From an uncultured virus (IMG/VR IMGVR_UViG_3300050335_000078) (lineage: Duplodnaviria; Heunggongvirae; Uroviricota; Caudoviricetes), in IMG/VR virus record IMGVR_UViG_3300050335_000078: a stretch of 20,000 nucleotides of DNA. One strand, given 5' to 3'. How positions within the stretch are numbered: the stretch's first letter is position 1; each line of letters opens with the position of its first letter. Below, one piece after another: positions 1 through 9,161 of the stretch. Position numbers and translations under genes: made by a program. Under the pieces are notes generated by a model. That model made no database searches. It was not told where the DNA came from and was given only the letters and a program-made list of their open reading frames with translations.

Positions 1-1
1 G

Positions 2-685
2 ATGGCGAAATGGGATGCCTGCTCGTTTCCAGTCAACGCGGATAGCCTTGAAGGGCGTGTCTGCTATGGCGGGCTTGACCTCTCATCCACCACAGACATC
101 ACAGCGTTCGTGCTGGTGTTCCCGCCGGAGGATGAAACGGACAAATACATCGTCCTACCGTTCTTCTGGATGCCGGAAGATAACATCGACTTGCGTGTCC
201 GGCGTGACCATGTGCAGTACGACCTCTGGGTGAAGCAAGGATATTTGCTAACCACTGAGGGAAATGTGGTGCATTACGGCTTTATCGAGCAATTCATAGA
301 AAAGCTTGGCGAGCGGTACAACATCCGTGAAATCGCCTTTGACCGCTGGGGCGCTGTGCAGATGGTACAAAACCTCGAAGGAATGGGCTTCACAGTAGTT
401 CCTTTCGGTCAGGGTTTCAAGGACATGTCGCCGCCCACCAAGGAACTGATGAAACTCACGTTGGAAGAAAGAATTGCGCATAGTGGTCATCCTGTGTTGC
501 GTTGGATGATGGATAACATCTTTATCCGTACAGACCCGGCGGGCAACATTAAGCCGGACAAAGAAAAATCTACCGAAAGAATCGATGGCGCGGTGGCAAC
601 GATCATGGCACTCGACCGGGCGCTCCGGAATGGAGGCAGCCCCGGAGCTTCAGTTTACGATGAAAGGGGGTTATTGGTGTTGTGA
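2..685 (+). CDS. terL: Terminase large subunit, C-terminal nuclease part (5' truncated by window)
   Basis: Motifs GLDLSSTTDITA, IAFDRWGA, PFGQGFKDMSPPTK and KSTERIDGAVA are typical of Terminase_1 nuclease domains; directly upstream of the portal. Confidence 0.95.
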   Translation: MAKWDACSFPVNADSLEGRVCYGGLDLSSTTDITAFVLVFPPEDETDKYIVLPFFWMPEDNIDLRVRRDHVQYDLWVKQGYLLTTEGNVVHYGFIEQFIEKLGERYNIREIAFDRWGAVQMVQNLEGMGFTVVPFGQGFKDMSPPTKELMKLTLEERIAHSGHPVLRWMMDNIFIRTDPAGNIKPDKEKSTERIDGAVATIMALDRALRNGGSPGASVYDERGLLVL

Positions 686-1923
686 GTATATTTTCAAGCT
701 TGCTTAAAGCGCGGGACAAGCCCAAAAACCGTCTGCCGGGCAGTGACTACAGCTTCTTCTTTGGCCGAACCACCAGCGGAAAAGCGGTCAATGAACGAAC
801 AGCCTTGCAGACGACGGCGGTGTACGCATGTGTCAGGATACTTGCAGAAGCGATTGCAGGGCTTCCACTGCACGTTTATAGATATAAGCCGGACGGCGGC
901 AAGGAAAAAGTGCTGAACCACCCCCTGTACTATCTGCTCCACACGGAGCCGAACCCAGAGATGACTTCATTTGTGTTCCGGGAAACACTGATGGGTCATC
1001 TTTTACTTTGGGGCAACGCTTACGCGCAGATCATCCGGGACGGTGCGGGACGGGTGCTGGCGCTCTATCCCCTGCTGCCCGGCAAAATGACCGTAGACAG
1101 AACGGCCAACGGCCAGCTTTTTTATGAGCACCGTACAGATACCGGCTCGGTGGTCCTGCGCCCGGAAGACGTGTTGCATATCCCCGGCCTTGGTTTCGAT
1201 GGACTCATCGGCTACTCTCCCATAGCCATGGCTAAGAACGCCATCGGTATGGCAATCGCGTGTGAGGAATACGGCGCGTCGTTCTTTGCCAACGGCGCAA
1301 ACCCCGGCGGCGTGCTGGAGCATCCGGGCGTCGTAAAAGACCCGAAGCGCGTACGGGAAAGCTGGAACACCGTGTATCAGGGCAGCGCCAACGCGCACCG
1401 CATCGCCGTCCTCGAAGAAGGCATGAAATTTCAGGCAGTCGGCATCCCTCCCGAACAGGCGCAGTTCTTAGAGACACGCAAGTTTCAGATCAACGAGATC
1501 GCCCGCATCTTCCGTGTGCCGCCTCACATGGTCGGTGACCTTGAGAAGTCCAGCTTCAGCAACATTGAGCAGCAGTCGTTGGAGTTTGTCAAATACACGC
1601 TCGACCCATGGGTGGTGCGCTGGGAGCAGGCCATCCAAAAGGCGCTCCTCCTGCCATCCGAGAAGGCCACATATTTCGCAAAATTCAATGTTGACGGATT
1701 GCTCCGGGGCGACTACGCCAGCCGCATGACCGGTTACGCCACCGGACGGCAGAATGGCTGGCTGTCAGCCAATGACATACGTGAACTGGAGGACATGAAC
1801 AGGATACCTGCGGAAGATGGCGGCGACCTGTACCTGATCAATGGCAACATGACCAAACTTGCGGAAGCCGGCGCTTTTGCCAACAAGAATACTCAAAAGA
1901 CGGAGGTAAAGAAAAATGCATAG
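682..1923 (+). CDS. Phage portal protein, HK97 family
   Basis: 413 aa; AVYACVRILAE, LLWGNAYA, GLIGYSPI, EIARIFRVPPHMVG, SFSNIEQQ; GTGA overlap with the terminase stop. Confidence 0.96.
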   Translation: MSIFSSLLKARDKPKNRLPGSDYSFFFGRTTSGKAVNERTALQTTAVYACVRILAEAIAGLPLHVYRYKPDGGKEKVLNHPLYYLLHTEPNPEMTSFVFRETLMGHLLLWGNAYAQIIRDGAGRVLALYPLLPGKMTVDRTANGQLFYEHRTDTGSVVLRPEDVLHIPGLGFDGLIGYSPIAMAKNAIGMAIACEEYGASFFANGANPGGVLEHPGVVKDPKRVRESWNTVYQGSANAHRIAVLEEGMKFQAVGIPPEQAQFLETRKFQINEIARIFRVPPHMVGDLEKSSFSNIEQQSLEFVKYTLDPWVVRWEQAIQKALLLPSEKATYFAKFNVDGLLRGDYASRMTGYATGRQNGWLSANDIRELEDMNRIPAEDGGDLYLINGNMTKLAEAGAFANKNTQKTEVKKNA

Positions 1924-2611
1924 GAAATTCTGGAACTGGGTCAGAAACGAAGACGGTGCCCGGACGCTGTATCTGGACGGTGCTATCGCAGAAGAGAGCT
2001 GGCTCGGAGATGAAATAACCCCCAAGCAGTTTAAATCGGAACTGGTATCGGGAGACGGTGACATTACGATTTGGATCAACAGCCCCGGCGGCGACGTCTT
2101 CGCGGCAAGCCAGATTTACAACATGCTCATGGAATACAAAGGCAACGTGACCGTGAAGATCGACGGCATCGCGGCCAGCGCCGCGTCGGTCATCGCGATG
2201 GCGGGCGGCGAAGTCCTTATGTCGCCAGTTAGTATGCTCATGATCCATAATCCCATGACCATCGCCATCGGTGACACGGAAGAAATGGAAAAGGCCATCG
2301 CCATGCTGGCAGAGGTCAAGGAGAGCATCATCAACGCGTATGAGATCAAGTCCGGGCTGTCCCGCGCGAGAATTTCACACCTGATGGACGCAGAAAGCTG
2401 GTTCAACGCGAAAAAGGCGGTGGAACTTGGGTTTGCCGACGATATCCTTTTCACCGGCGAAGCACCGCCGGGTACTGAGGTTTCTGACGGTCTTATTTTC
2501 AGCCGTCAGGCGGTCACAAATTCCATACTGCGAAAGCTGCCACAGAAAGAAAAGATCACCGGTACCCCCATCGAGTCGCTCCAAAAGCGGCTTTTTTTAT
2601 TGAAACCTTAA
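1916..2611 (+). CDS. Prohead maturation protease, ClpP-like (peptidase S14)
   Basis: INSPGGDVF, GIAASAASVIAMAG, MLMIHNP and ESWFNAKKAVELGFAD motifs; between portal and capsid. Confidence 0.94.
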   Translation: MHRKFWNWVRNEDGARTLYLDGAIAEESWLGDEITPKQFKSELVSGDGDITIWINSPGGDVFAASQIYNMLMEYKGNVTVKIDGIAASAASVIAMAGGEVLMSPVSMLMIHNPMTIAIGDTEEMEKAIAMLAEVKESIINAYEIKSGLSRARISHLMDAESWFNAKKAVELGFADDILFTGEAPPGTEVSDGLIFSRQAVTNSILRKLPQKEKITGTPIESLQKRLFLLKP

Positions 2612-2623
2612 GGAGGAATTGAA

Positions 2624-3829
2624 ATGAATAAAACACTTGAATTGCGCGAGAAGCGCGCCAAAGCCTGGGAAGCCGCAAAGGCTTTTTTAGATTCCAAACG
2701 TGGCAGCGACGGCCTGCTTTCGGCTGAGGACACTGCGGCCTATGAGAAGATGGAAGCGGATGTGGTAGCTCTGGGCAAGGAAATCGACCGGCTGGAGCGT
2801 CAGGCAGCACTTGATCTGGAACTCGCGAAGGCAACCAGCAACCCCATCACCAATACCCCTTCCAAATGCGCCGACGAAAAAACCGGACGCGCGTCTTCCG
2901 AATACAAGCGCGCGTTCTGGAACGCTATGCGCACCCGTGCCGGCGAGGGCCTTGAGCCGGTTGTGAAAAACGCCCTGCAGATCGGCACCGACACCGAAGG
3001 CGGTTATCTTGTACCGGATGAGTTTGAGCGCACCCTTGTGGATGCGTTGGAAGAAGAGAATATTTTCCGCAAACTGGCGAATGTCATTACGACCTCTTCC
3101 GGTGACCGAAAAATACCGGTCGTTGCCTCCAAGGGTACGGCTTCCTGGATTGATGAGGAAGGCGCCATTCCTGAAAGCGACGACAGCTTCGGTCAGGTTT
3201 CCATTGGCGCGTACAAGCTGGGAACTATGATCAAAGTCTCCGAGGAACTTTTAAACGATAACGTATTCAATCTTGAGACTTATATTTCCAAAGAATTCGC
3301 CCGGCGAATCGGAAACAAGGAAGAAGAATCCTTCTTCATCGGCGACGGTTCAGGCAAACCGACCGGCATTCTCGCGGCAACCGGCGGCGCGCAGCTCGGC
3401 GTGACTACGGCAGGCGCCACTGCTATCACCGTAGATGAGGTGTTCGACCTGTTCTATTCGCTGAAGGCACCATACCGCAACAAAGCCGTGTTTATCATGA
3501 ACGACTCCACCGTCAAAGCGATTCGCAAACTGAAGGACGGGCAGGGACAGTACCTCTGGCAGCCGTCGATCACGGCGGGCACGCCGGATACCATACTGAA
3601 CCGACCGGTCAAAACCTCGGCGTATGTACCCGCGATTGCCGCGGCAGCCAAGACCATTGTGGTCGGCGACTTCAGTTACTACTGGGTGGCTGACCGCCAG
3701 GGCAGGGTGTTCAAAAGGCTCAACGAACTGTATGCGGCTACAGGCCAGGTCGGCTTTATCGCCACTCAGCGCGTTGACGGCAAACTCATACTGCCAGAAG
3801 CGATTAAGGTGCTTCAGCAGAAGGCTTAA
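2624..3829 (+). CDS. Major capsid protein, HK97 fold
   Basis: 401 aa; N-terminal coiled-coil (delta-domain-like), GGYLVP, GDGSGKPTGIL, LKDGQGQYLWQP, GDFSYY; AAGGAGG RBS upstream. Confidence 0.96.
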   Translation: MNKTLELREKRAKAWEAAKAFLDSKRGSDGLLSAEDTAAYEKMEADVVALGKEIDRLERQAALDLELAKATSNPITNTPSKCADEKTGRASSEYKRAFWNAMRTRAGEGLEPVVKNALQIGTDTEGGYLVPDEFERTLVDALEEENIFRKLANVITTSSGDRKIPVVASKGTASWIDEEGAIPESDDSFGQVSIGAYKLGTMIKVSEELLNDNVFNLETYISKEFARRIGNKEEESFFIGDGSGKPTGILAATGGAQLGVTTAGATAITVDEVFDLFYSLKAPYRNKAVFIMNDSTVKAIRKLKDGQGQYLWQPSITAGTPDTILNRPVKTSAYVPAIAAAAKTIVVGDFSYYWVADRQGRVFKRLNELYAATGQVGFIATQRVDGKLILPEAIKVLQQKA

Positions 3830-3841
3830 CGGAGGTGTGTC

Positions 3842-4054
3842 ATGAGCTATAACTCAAAAAACTACACCGAGCAGGGCGGCGGAAAGACGGTGATCGGCGG
3901 AACACTGGAGATCGCGGAAGGCGGACATGTCACTGGGCTGCCAAAGGCTGAGTTTCAGGCGGACAGCACTGCCGCGGACACAGCGGCGTTGGTAGCCGAC
4001 TTTAACGCTCTGCTTGCAAAGCTCATTGCGGCAGGCCTGATGGCGTCTGAATAA
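3842..4054 (+). CDS. Small head-fibre/decoration-like protein
   Basis: 70 aa directly after the capsid with a GGAGG RBS. MSYNSKNYTEQGG..VIGGTLEI and ADFNALLAKLIAAGLM resemble proteins annotated 'head fiber' in clostridial prophages (recognised from memory). Confidence 0.65.
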   Translation: MSYNSKNYTEQGGGKTVIGGTLEIAEGGHVTGLPKAEFQADSTAADTAALVADFNALLAKLIAAGLMASE

Positions 4055-4059
4055 CGGAG

Positions 4060-4344
4060 GTGAGCGCGTTGCTCGTCACACTTGAAAAAACAAAAGAATG
4101 GCTGAGAGTCGAGTCCAATGACGAGGACGCGCTCATTGAAAGCTTCATCACGGCAGCGGAGGATATCGTGGGCGGTATCCTCCGTTTTCCGCTGAGCGAA
4201 CTATCGGAAGTACCTGAAACCGTAAATCAGGCCATATATTACGCGGTTTCAGTTATGTATGAGCAACGCGAAAGCCTCGATATCGCCGCGCTGATAAATA
4301 CGCTCCGCGGGATGCTTTTCGCCTACAGGGAGGATGCGTGGTGA
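4060..4344 (+). CDS. Head-tail connector (HK97 gp6/SPP1 gp15-like)
   Basis: VTLEKTKEWLRVES..EDALIESFITAAE and V.QAI...V..MYEQRE pattern; position after the capsid. Confidence 0.88.
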   Translation: MSALLVTLEKTKEWLRVESNDEDALIESFITAAEDIVGGILRFPLSELSEVPETVNQAIYYAVSVMYEQRESLDIAALINTLRGMLFAYREDAW

Positions 4345-4664
4345 TGAAGATCGGGGATTTGCGGTACCGGGTGGTACTCCAGAAAAAAGAGATTACAGAA
4401 GATGAATTGAAGCAGCAATCGGAAACCTGGGTGGATATAGCCACGGTATGGTCGGCCATCGAGCCGCTTTCCGGCAGGGAGTATTTCTCGGCCGGACAGG
4501 CCAACGCCGAGATTTCGGCAAAAATCACGATCCGCTACCGGAAGGATGTGACGCCGGATACGCGCGTGGTTTTTTACAACAGGATTTTCGAGGTGCTGTC
4601 GGTTATCAACCCCAAGGAACGGCGCGAATCGCTGGTTTTGATGTGCAGGGAGGCAATGGTATGA
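4338..4664 (+). CDS. Head closure / head-tail joining protein (SPP1 gp16-like)
   Basis: IGDLRYRV, W...ATVWSAIEPLSGRE and ITIRYR motifs; the start could be GTG 4338, GTG 4341 or ATG 4344. Confidence 0.88.
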   Translation: MVMKIGDLRYRVVLQKKEITEDELKQQSETWVDIATVWSAIEPLSGREYFSAGQANAEISAKITIRYRKDVTPDTRVVFYNRIFEVLSVINPKERRESLVLMCREAMV

Positions 4665-5041
4665 CGAATATCGACGGGCTGGCAGACGCCATTATGGACG
4701 TCATGCAGGAGTACACCGAAGAGGTGGAGGAAGCAATCCCTGAGATTGTGGATAGCACGGCGGACGCGATGGTCAGGGAAATCCGCACGGCCGCGCCCAA
4801 GCGTAAAGGCAAATATGCCAAAGGCTGGACAGTCCGGCAGCTTGGAGAAAGAACCCGCTCCAAAGAAGGATACGCCAAGCTGGTCTGCAACCCCAAGCGC
4901 TACTCTATCGCCCACCTTGTTGAGTACGGCCACGCCAAGCGCGGCGGTGGCAGGGTCGCGGGAAAACCGCACATCCGCCCTGCCTGCGACAGGCTGCTGC
5001 CGGAGTTTGAAAAGAAAATCGAGGAGGCGGTGAAACGATGA
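4661..5041 (+). CDS. HK97 gp10-like neck protein (126 aa; start revised from 4448 to ATG 4661)
   Basis: GGAGG RBS and ATGA overlap with the previous stop; AP.R.GKY.KGW, HLVEYGH and GRV.GKPHIRPA motifs. Confidence 0.88.
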   Translation: MTNIDGLADAIMDVMQEYTEEVEEAIPEIVDSTADAMVREIRTAAPKRKGKYAKGWTVRQLGERTRSKEGYAKLVCNPKRYSIAHLVEYGHAKRGGGRVAGKPHIRPACDRLLPEFEKKIEEAVKR

Positions 5042-5370
5042 GCGCGTATCTGGCTCAGATACTATCTGAAGCCGGTATTCCGGTCACCCGCGGCGGCTTT
5101 AAGAAAGCGCAGGCTCTACCGTACATAGTTTATGTGTTCTCACACTCGAACAACTTTTCCGCGGATTCAAAGGTTTATCTGAAGCGGGACAACTACCAAA
5201 TCGAACTGTACACGGAGAAAAAGGACATTGCCCTTGAGGAACGACTCGAGGGCATTTTTGATGAACACGGCCTTGTGTACGACAAGACCGAAACGTACCT
5301 CGAAAGCGAAAAGCTCATCGAGGTGTTATACGAAATACAGCTGATCGGAGGACAAACAAATGCCGGATAA
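5038..5370 (+). CDS. Putative tail terminator / tail completion protein
   Basis: 110 aa between the gp10-like gene and the major tail protein; LPYIVY, F.AD..VY and YQIELYT.KKD..LE pattern. Confidence 0.75.
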   Translation: MSAYLAQILSEAGIPVTRGGFKKAQALPYIVYVFSHSNNFSADSKVYLKRDNYQIELYTEKKDIALEERLEGIFDEHGLVYDKTETYLESEKLIEVLYEIQLIGGQTNAG

Positions 5371-5920
5371 TAAAGTCAAGTTCGGGCTGCGAAATGCCCA
5401 TTACGCTAAAGTCACCGAATCCGGGTATGCGATACCGGTGGCATTTCCGGGTCAGGTGTCACTGACATTAAAGCCCAAGGGCGAGCGCGCGGAGTTCTAT
5501 GCGGATGACGTCGCCTATTTTACCAAAGACGCCAATCAAGGCTACGAGGGCGAGATGACCATTGCGGACATCCCGCCTTCTTTTCTGAAAGACTGCCTTG
5601 GATTTACTCAGGACGACAACGGCGCCATTTTCGAGCACATGGACGCAATCCAATCACCGTTTGCCCTTTTGTTTGAGGTCCAGGGCGACCTGCAACCCAG
5701 ACGGTTTGTTTTTTATGAGTGCCTGGCTTCCCGTCCGAACGTGGACGCGAACACCGTCAAAGGTACAATCGAGCCGACCGCAGACACGCTGTCCTTTGTG
5801 GCGACGCCTCGGCAGCTTGACGGCATGGTCAAAGCTGTTCTGGTAAAGAGTGCTTTAAATGAAACGGCGTATTCAGGCTTCTACACATCGGTGTATGAAT
5901 TCGCTGCGCCTGCAGGCTGA
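5360..5920 (+). CDS. Major tail (tube) protein, phi13-like family
   Basis: NKVKFGLRNAHYA, FYADD, NQGYEG, FALLFEVQGD..RRFVFY motifs; position. Confidence 0.9.
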   Translation: MPDNKVKFGLRNAHYAKVTESGYAIPVAFPGQVSLTLKPKGERAEFYADDVAYFTKDANQGYEGEMTIADIPPSFLKDCLGFTQDDNGAIFEHMDAIQSPFALLFEVQGDLQPRRFVFYECLASRPNVDANTVKGTIEPTADTLSFVATPRQLDGMVKAVLVKSALNETAYSGFYTSVYEFAAPAG

Positions 5921-5931
5921 GGTGATTAAAC

Positions 5932-6348
5932 ATGCAGAGAACAATCAAAATCAACGGACAGAATTTGCCGCTGAAACCATCGGCTAATTTTATGTTCTAT
6001 TACCGCCACGCACGGTTATCCGGCGAAGAAACGCCGGACTTCCAGTCCGACCTTAAACGGCTGGCGGACATGGAGAAAATGCAGGGCGAGCTCAAGGGTA
6101 TCGACAGCACGAACGCGCTGGACATTCTGCAGCGGACGAACATTTTCGAGTTCAGCGCCATCATCCGAAGAATGCTCTGGACGTTCGCGTACGCAGCCAA
6201 CAAAAGCATCCTGCCTTTCGAGGATTGGTGCGACGCGCTTTTCGAGTATGACACAACCGAAGCCTCGAAAACAGTAATGGATCTGGTGAACGACAATTTT
6301 TTTCTTATGCTGGGCGTGGCGAAGCCCAGGGGAATTCAAAACACGTAG
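5932..6348 (+). CDS. Tail assembly chaperone (gpG-like)
   Basis: 138 aa between tail tube and tape measure; T TTT TTT slippery run at 6297-6303. Confidence 0.8.
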   Translation: MQRTIKINGQNLPLKPSANFMFYYRHARLSGEETPDFQSDLKRLADMEKMQGELKGIDSTNALDILQRTNIFEFSAIIRRMLWTFAYAANKSILPFEDWCDALFEYDTTEASKTVMDLVNDNFFLMLGVAKPRGIQNT

Positions 6349-6512
6349 ACTGGCGGGACGCCTTGTATCTGGGCAAGTCGGCTGGGCTTTCACTCCATGA
6401 ACTGGACGAGATGACTTTCTCCGACTTGCTTTCATATGTCGGGTTTTTGACGGAAGCAAAAAGCAAAACAAAAGAAGCTACTCAGGCGGATATCGACCAA
6501 CTGGCTATATAG
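6303..6512 (+). CDS. Frameshift extension of the tail assembly chaperone (gpT-like, -1 frame; gpGT ~193 aa)
   Basis: Hand translation of the -1 frame is open for 69 codons (SYAGRGEAQ...AGLSLHELDEMTFSDLLSYV...KEATQADIDQLAI*). It ends at TAG 6510-6512, just before the tape-measure RBS. Confidence 0.8.
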   Translation, partial: SYAGRGEAQGNSKHVDWRDALYLGKSAGLSLHELDEMTFSDLLSYVGFLTEAKSKTKEATQADIDQLAI

Positions 6513-6527
6513 AGAGGAGGGATTCAT

Positions 6528-9149
6528 TTGGCGGCAAGCATCAAGGGTATAACGATAGAAATCGGCGCAAACACCACAGGACTCGGCAAAGCGCTCGAGG
6601 ACGTCAATAAGAAGTCGCGCAGCCTGCAGAGCGAACTGAAACAAGTGGCTTCCCTCCTGAAACTGAATCCGGGCAACACCGAGCTGGTAGCGCAGAAACA
6701 GGAACTCCTCGCTAAAGCGGTATCCAACGCGAAGGAAAAACTGGAGACTCTCCGCGTGGCACAGGCACAGGTGGAGCAGCAGTTTGCCAGCGGGAAGATA
6801 TCGGATGAGCAATACCGCGCGTTTACCCGCGAGGTCGCCAAAGCTGAAGGTGAGGTCAATAAGTTTGAGCAAGAACTCAGTCAGCTTGGCTCCGCCGCTG
6901 AGCAGGCAGACGGCAAGGTTGCGGATGTCGGCGATAAGGCGCAGGCTGCCGGGCGAGAGATGGATAACGCGGCCGAAAAAGCTCACAGGTTCTCCGGCGT
7001 GCTTTCCGGCATCGCGGGCGGCATCGGGAAAGCCGCCGCTGCTGGGATTGCTGCGGTAGGCGCCACTGCCGCGGCTGCCGGAGCCGCTGTGGTCAAGATG
7101 ACGCTGGACGCGGGCGAAGCGGCGGACGAGCTGATTACGCTGTCCAACATGACGGACATAAGTACCAAAACGCTGCAGGAGATGGAATACGCTGCGCGGT
7201 TTGTGGATGTTCCGCTGGAAACAATGACGGATTCCATGTTCAAGCTCACTAAGAGTATGGACGCAGCCAGAACCGGCACGGGAGCGCAGGCCGACGCGTT
7301 TAAAGCATTGGGCATAGCGACAACCAACGCTGACGGGAGCCTGAAAAACAGCAAGCAGGTGTGGCTGGATACCATTGACGCTTTGGGCAGGGTGACTAAC
7401 GAAACCGAGCGCGACGCTCTGGCGATGCAGCTGTTCGGGAAGAACGCCAAAGAACTTAATCCCCTAATCGCTGCCGGGTCGGACGAACTCTCCCGGCTGG
7501 CGGATGAAGCCAATGAACTCGGCGTAGTACTAAGCGACGAAAGCGTCACGGCGCTTGGTGAATTCGACGACAAGATGCAGCGGCTCAAAGCCACGGGTAC
7601 GGCGCTGACACAGACGCTGGGCGCAGCGGTCACCCCCGCTTTGGGTGTGCTGTCGGATAATCTGCGTTTGGTCGCGTCGTCAGTGTCCGAAGCGATACAG
7701 ACCGGAAACTGGGATCACGTCGGCGACACAATATCCGCTATGCTTTCGGACATCGGCAGCCGAATCACAAACGCCCTTCCCAGGATTGCTGAACAAGGCG
7801 CGAAGATACTTGGGAGCCTGGCCGAATCAATCATTGCCAGCCTACCCCAAGTGCTGCCCTCGCTGCTGTCCGCTGCTCTGGAGATATTTCAGAGTATTAT
7901 AAGCGCCATTGCTGCGAATGGCCCGGCTCTGGCTAAAATGGTCGTAGACATGGTGTCCCAGATTGCTGTATTTATACTTAAAAACCTGCCAGTCATTATT
8001 GCTGCAGGTATTCAAATACTGATTGCACTGATACAAGGCATCACGCAGAGCATCCCCCAGCTTATACCGGCGATTGTTTCGGCCGTCACGCAGATATTGC
8101 AGACGATTATACAAAACCTGCCGCTCATTATTCAGGCGGGATTGCAGCTCATATTGGCGCTTGTTCAGGGCATCATGGACAATCTGCCGACGCTTATCAC
8201 TGCTATTATCAACATGATTCCCATGCTTGTCACGGCAATTATGGAAAGCCTGCCGCTTATCATCGAAGCGGGCGTGCAGATACTGCTGGCTGTTGTAAAC
8301 GGTATCGTGGCTTCACTGCCGGTATTGATACAGGCCGTTATCGACATGATCCCAATGGTGGTAACGGCAATCGTGGAAAACCTGCCGCAGATCATCGAGG
8401 CGGGTATTCAGATCCTGCTGTCATTGATATTGGGAATCATAGACGCGCTGCCGAAACTAATTACCTGCATTATTGAGATGATACCGAAGATCGTAAAAGC
8501 GATTGTGGACAATCTGCCCAAGATAATCGAGGCAGGAATTAAGATCATTCTGGCTGTCATCAAGGGCATCATCGAGGCGATACCGCAGCTGATAAAGGGG
8601 ATCATCGATATGATCCCGCAGATTGTTCAGGCCATTATCGATAATCTGCCGCTCATAATAGAGGCAGGCATTGAGATTGTCTGGGCACTCATCAAGGGCA
8701 TTGGTGAGGCAGCATGGAACCTCATTAAAGCCGCCGGGAATCTTGCCTGGGATTTCATCAAAGGAATCTGGGAAGGCATCAAGTCTGCTGCCGACTGGCT
8801 TTGGCAGAAGATATCGGGCTTCTTCAACGGCATCGTGGATGGCGTCAAGGACCTACTGGGTATTCATTCGCCGTCCGTTGTGTTTGCGGGCATCGGCAAG
8901 AACATGGGACTTGGGCTCGCGGAAGGCATCACGGGAAGTGTGTCGCTGGTTGACCGGGCGATGAATAAACTTAACGCCGCTGTCGACGGCGCGAAAACTG
9001 ATATTGCAATCGCCGGACAATTTGGAGGCAACGCGCCTGTTGCGGCTGGAAACAGCGTGACGCTCAACATTCAAACGTCAACGCTGGACGAAGGGCAGAT
9101 CAGCATGCTGGTGAACGTGGTGAACCGCAGGCTCGGCCTGGCGTATTAA
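6528..9149 (+). CDS. Tail tape measure protein
   Basis: 873 aa; TTG start with GAGGAGG RBS; IKGITIEIG N-terminus, helical Ala-rich body, 44-aa amphipathic repeats, LGIHSPS near the C-terminus. Confidence 0.93.
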   Translation: MAASIKGITIEIGANTTGLGKALEDVNKKSRSLQSELKQVASLLKLNPGNTELVAQKQELLAKAVSNAKEKLETLRVAQAQVEQQFASGKISDEQYRAFTREVAKAEGEVNKFEQELSQLGSAAEQADGKVADVGDKAQAAGREMDNAAEKAHRFSGVLSGIAGGIGKAAAAGIAAVGATAAAAGAAVVKMTLDAGEAADELITLSNMTDISTKTLQEMEYAARFVDVPLETMTDSMFKLTKSMDAARTGTGAQADAFKALGIATTNADGSLKNSKQVWLDTIDALGRVTNETERDALAMQLFGKNAKELNPLIAAGSDELSRLADEANELGVVLSDESVTALGEFDDKMQRLKATGTALTQTLGAAVTPALGVLSDNLRLVASSVSEAIQTGNWDHVGDTISAMLSDIGSRITNALPRIAEQGAKILGSLAESIIASLPQVLPSLLSAALEIFQSIISAIAANGPALAKMVVDMVSQIAVFILKNLPVIIAAGIQILIALIQGITQSIPQLIPAIVSAVTQILQTIIQNLPLIIQAGLQLILALVQGIMDNLPTLITAIINMIPMLVTAIMESLPLIIEAGVQILLAVVNGIVASLPVLIQAVIDMIPMVVTAIVENLPQIIEAGIQILLSLILGIIDALPKLITCIIEMIPKIVKAIVDNLPKIIEAGIKIILAVIKGIIEAIPQLIKGIIDMIPQIVQAIIDNLPLIIEAGIEIVWALIKGIGEAAWNLIKAAGNLAWDFIKGIWEGIKSAADWLWQKISGFFNGIVDGVKDLLGIHSPSVVFAGIGKNMGLGLAEGITGSVSLVDRAMNKLNAAVDGAKTDIAIAGQFGGNAPVAAGNSVTLNIQTSTLDEGQISMLVNVVNRRLGLAY
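7983..8710 (+). repeat. Degenerate 132-bp (44-aa) tandem repeats in the tape measure gene
   Basis: (N/S)LP.II.AG.. units start at 7983, 8115, 8247, 8379, 8511 and 8643, an exact 132-nt period. Confidence 0.9.
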
Positions 9150-9161
9150 GGAGGTGGATGT

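Noticed and set aside
2593..2626. T TTT TTA slippery heptamer at the protease end; protease and capsid are in the same frame (possible fusion)
   Set aside because: The -1 frame stops within ~9 codons, TAA is not a typical read-through stop, and the capsid has its own strong RBS.
4448..4660. N-terminal extension of the 197-aa ORF in the track
   Set aside because: It overlaps the head-closure gene; ATG 4661 has an RBS and ATGA coupling.
6983..7633. 216-aa antisense ORF within the tape measure gene
   Set aside because: Ser/Ala-rich shadow frame of the sense gene with no recognisable motif.
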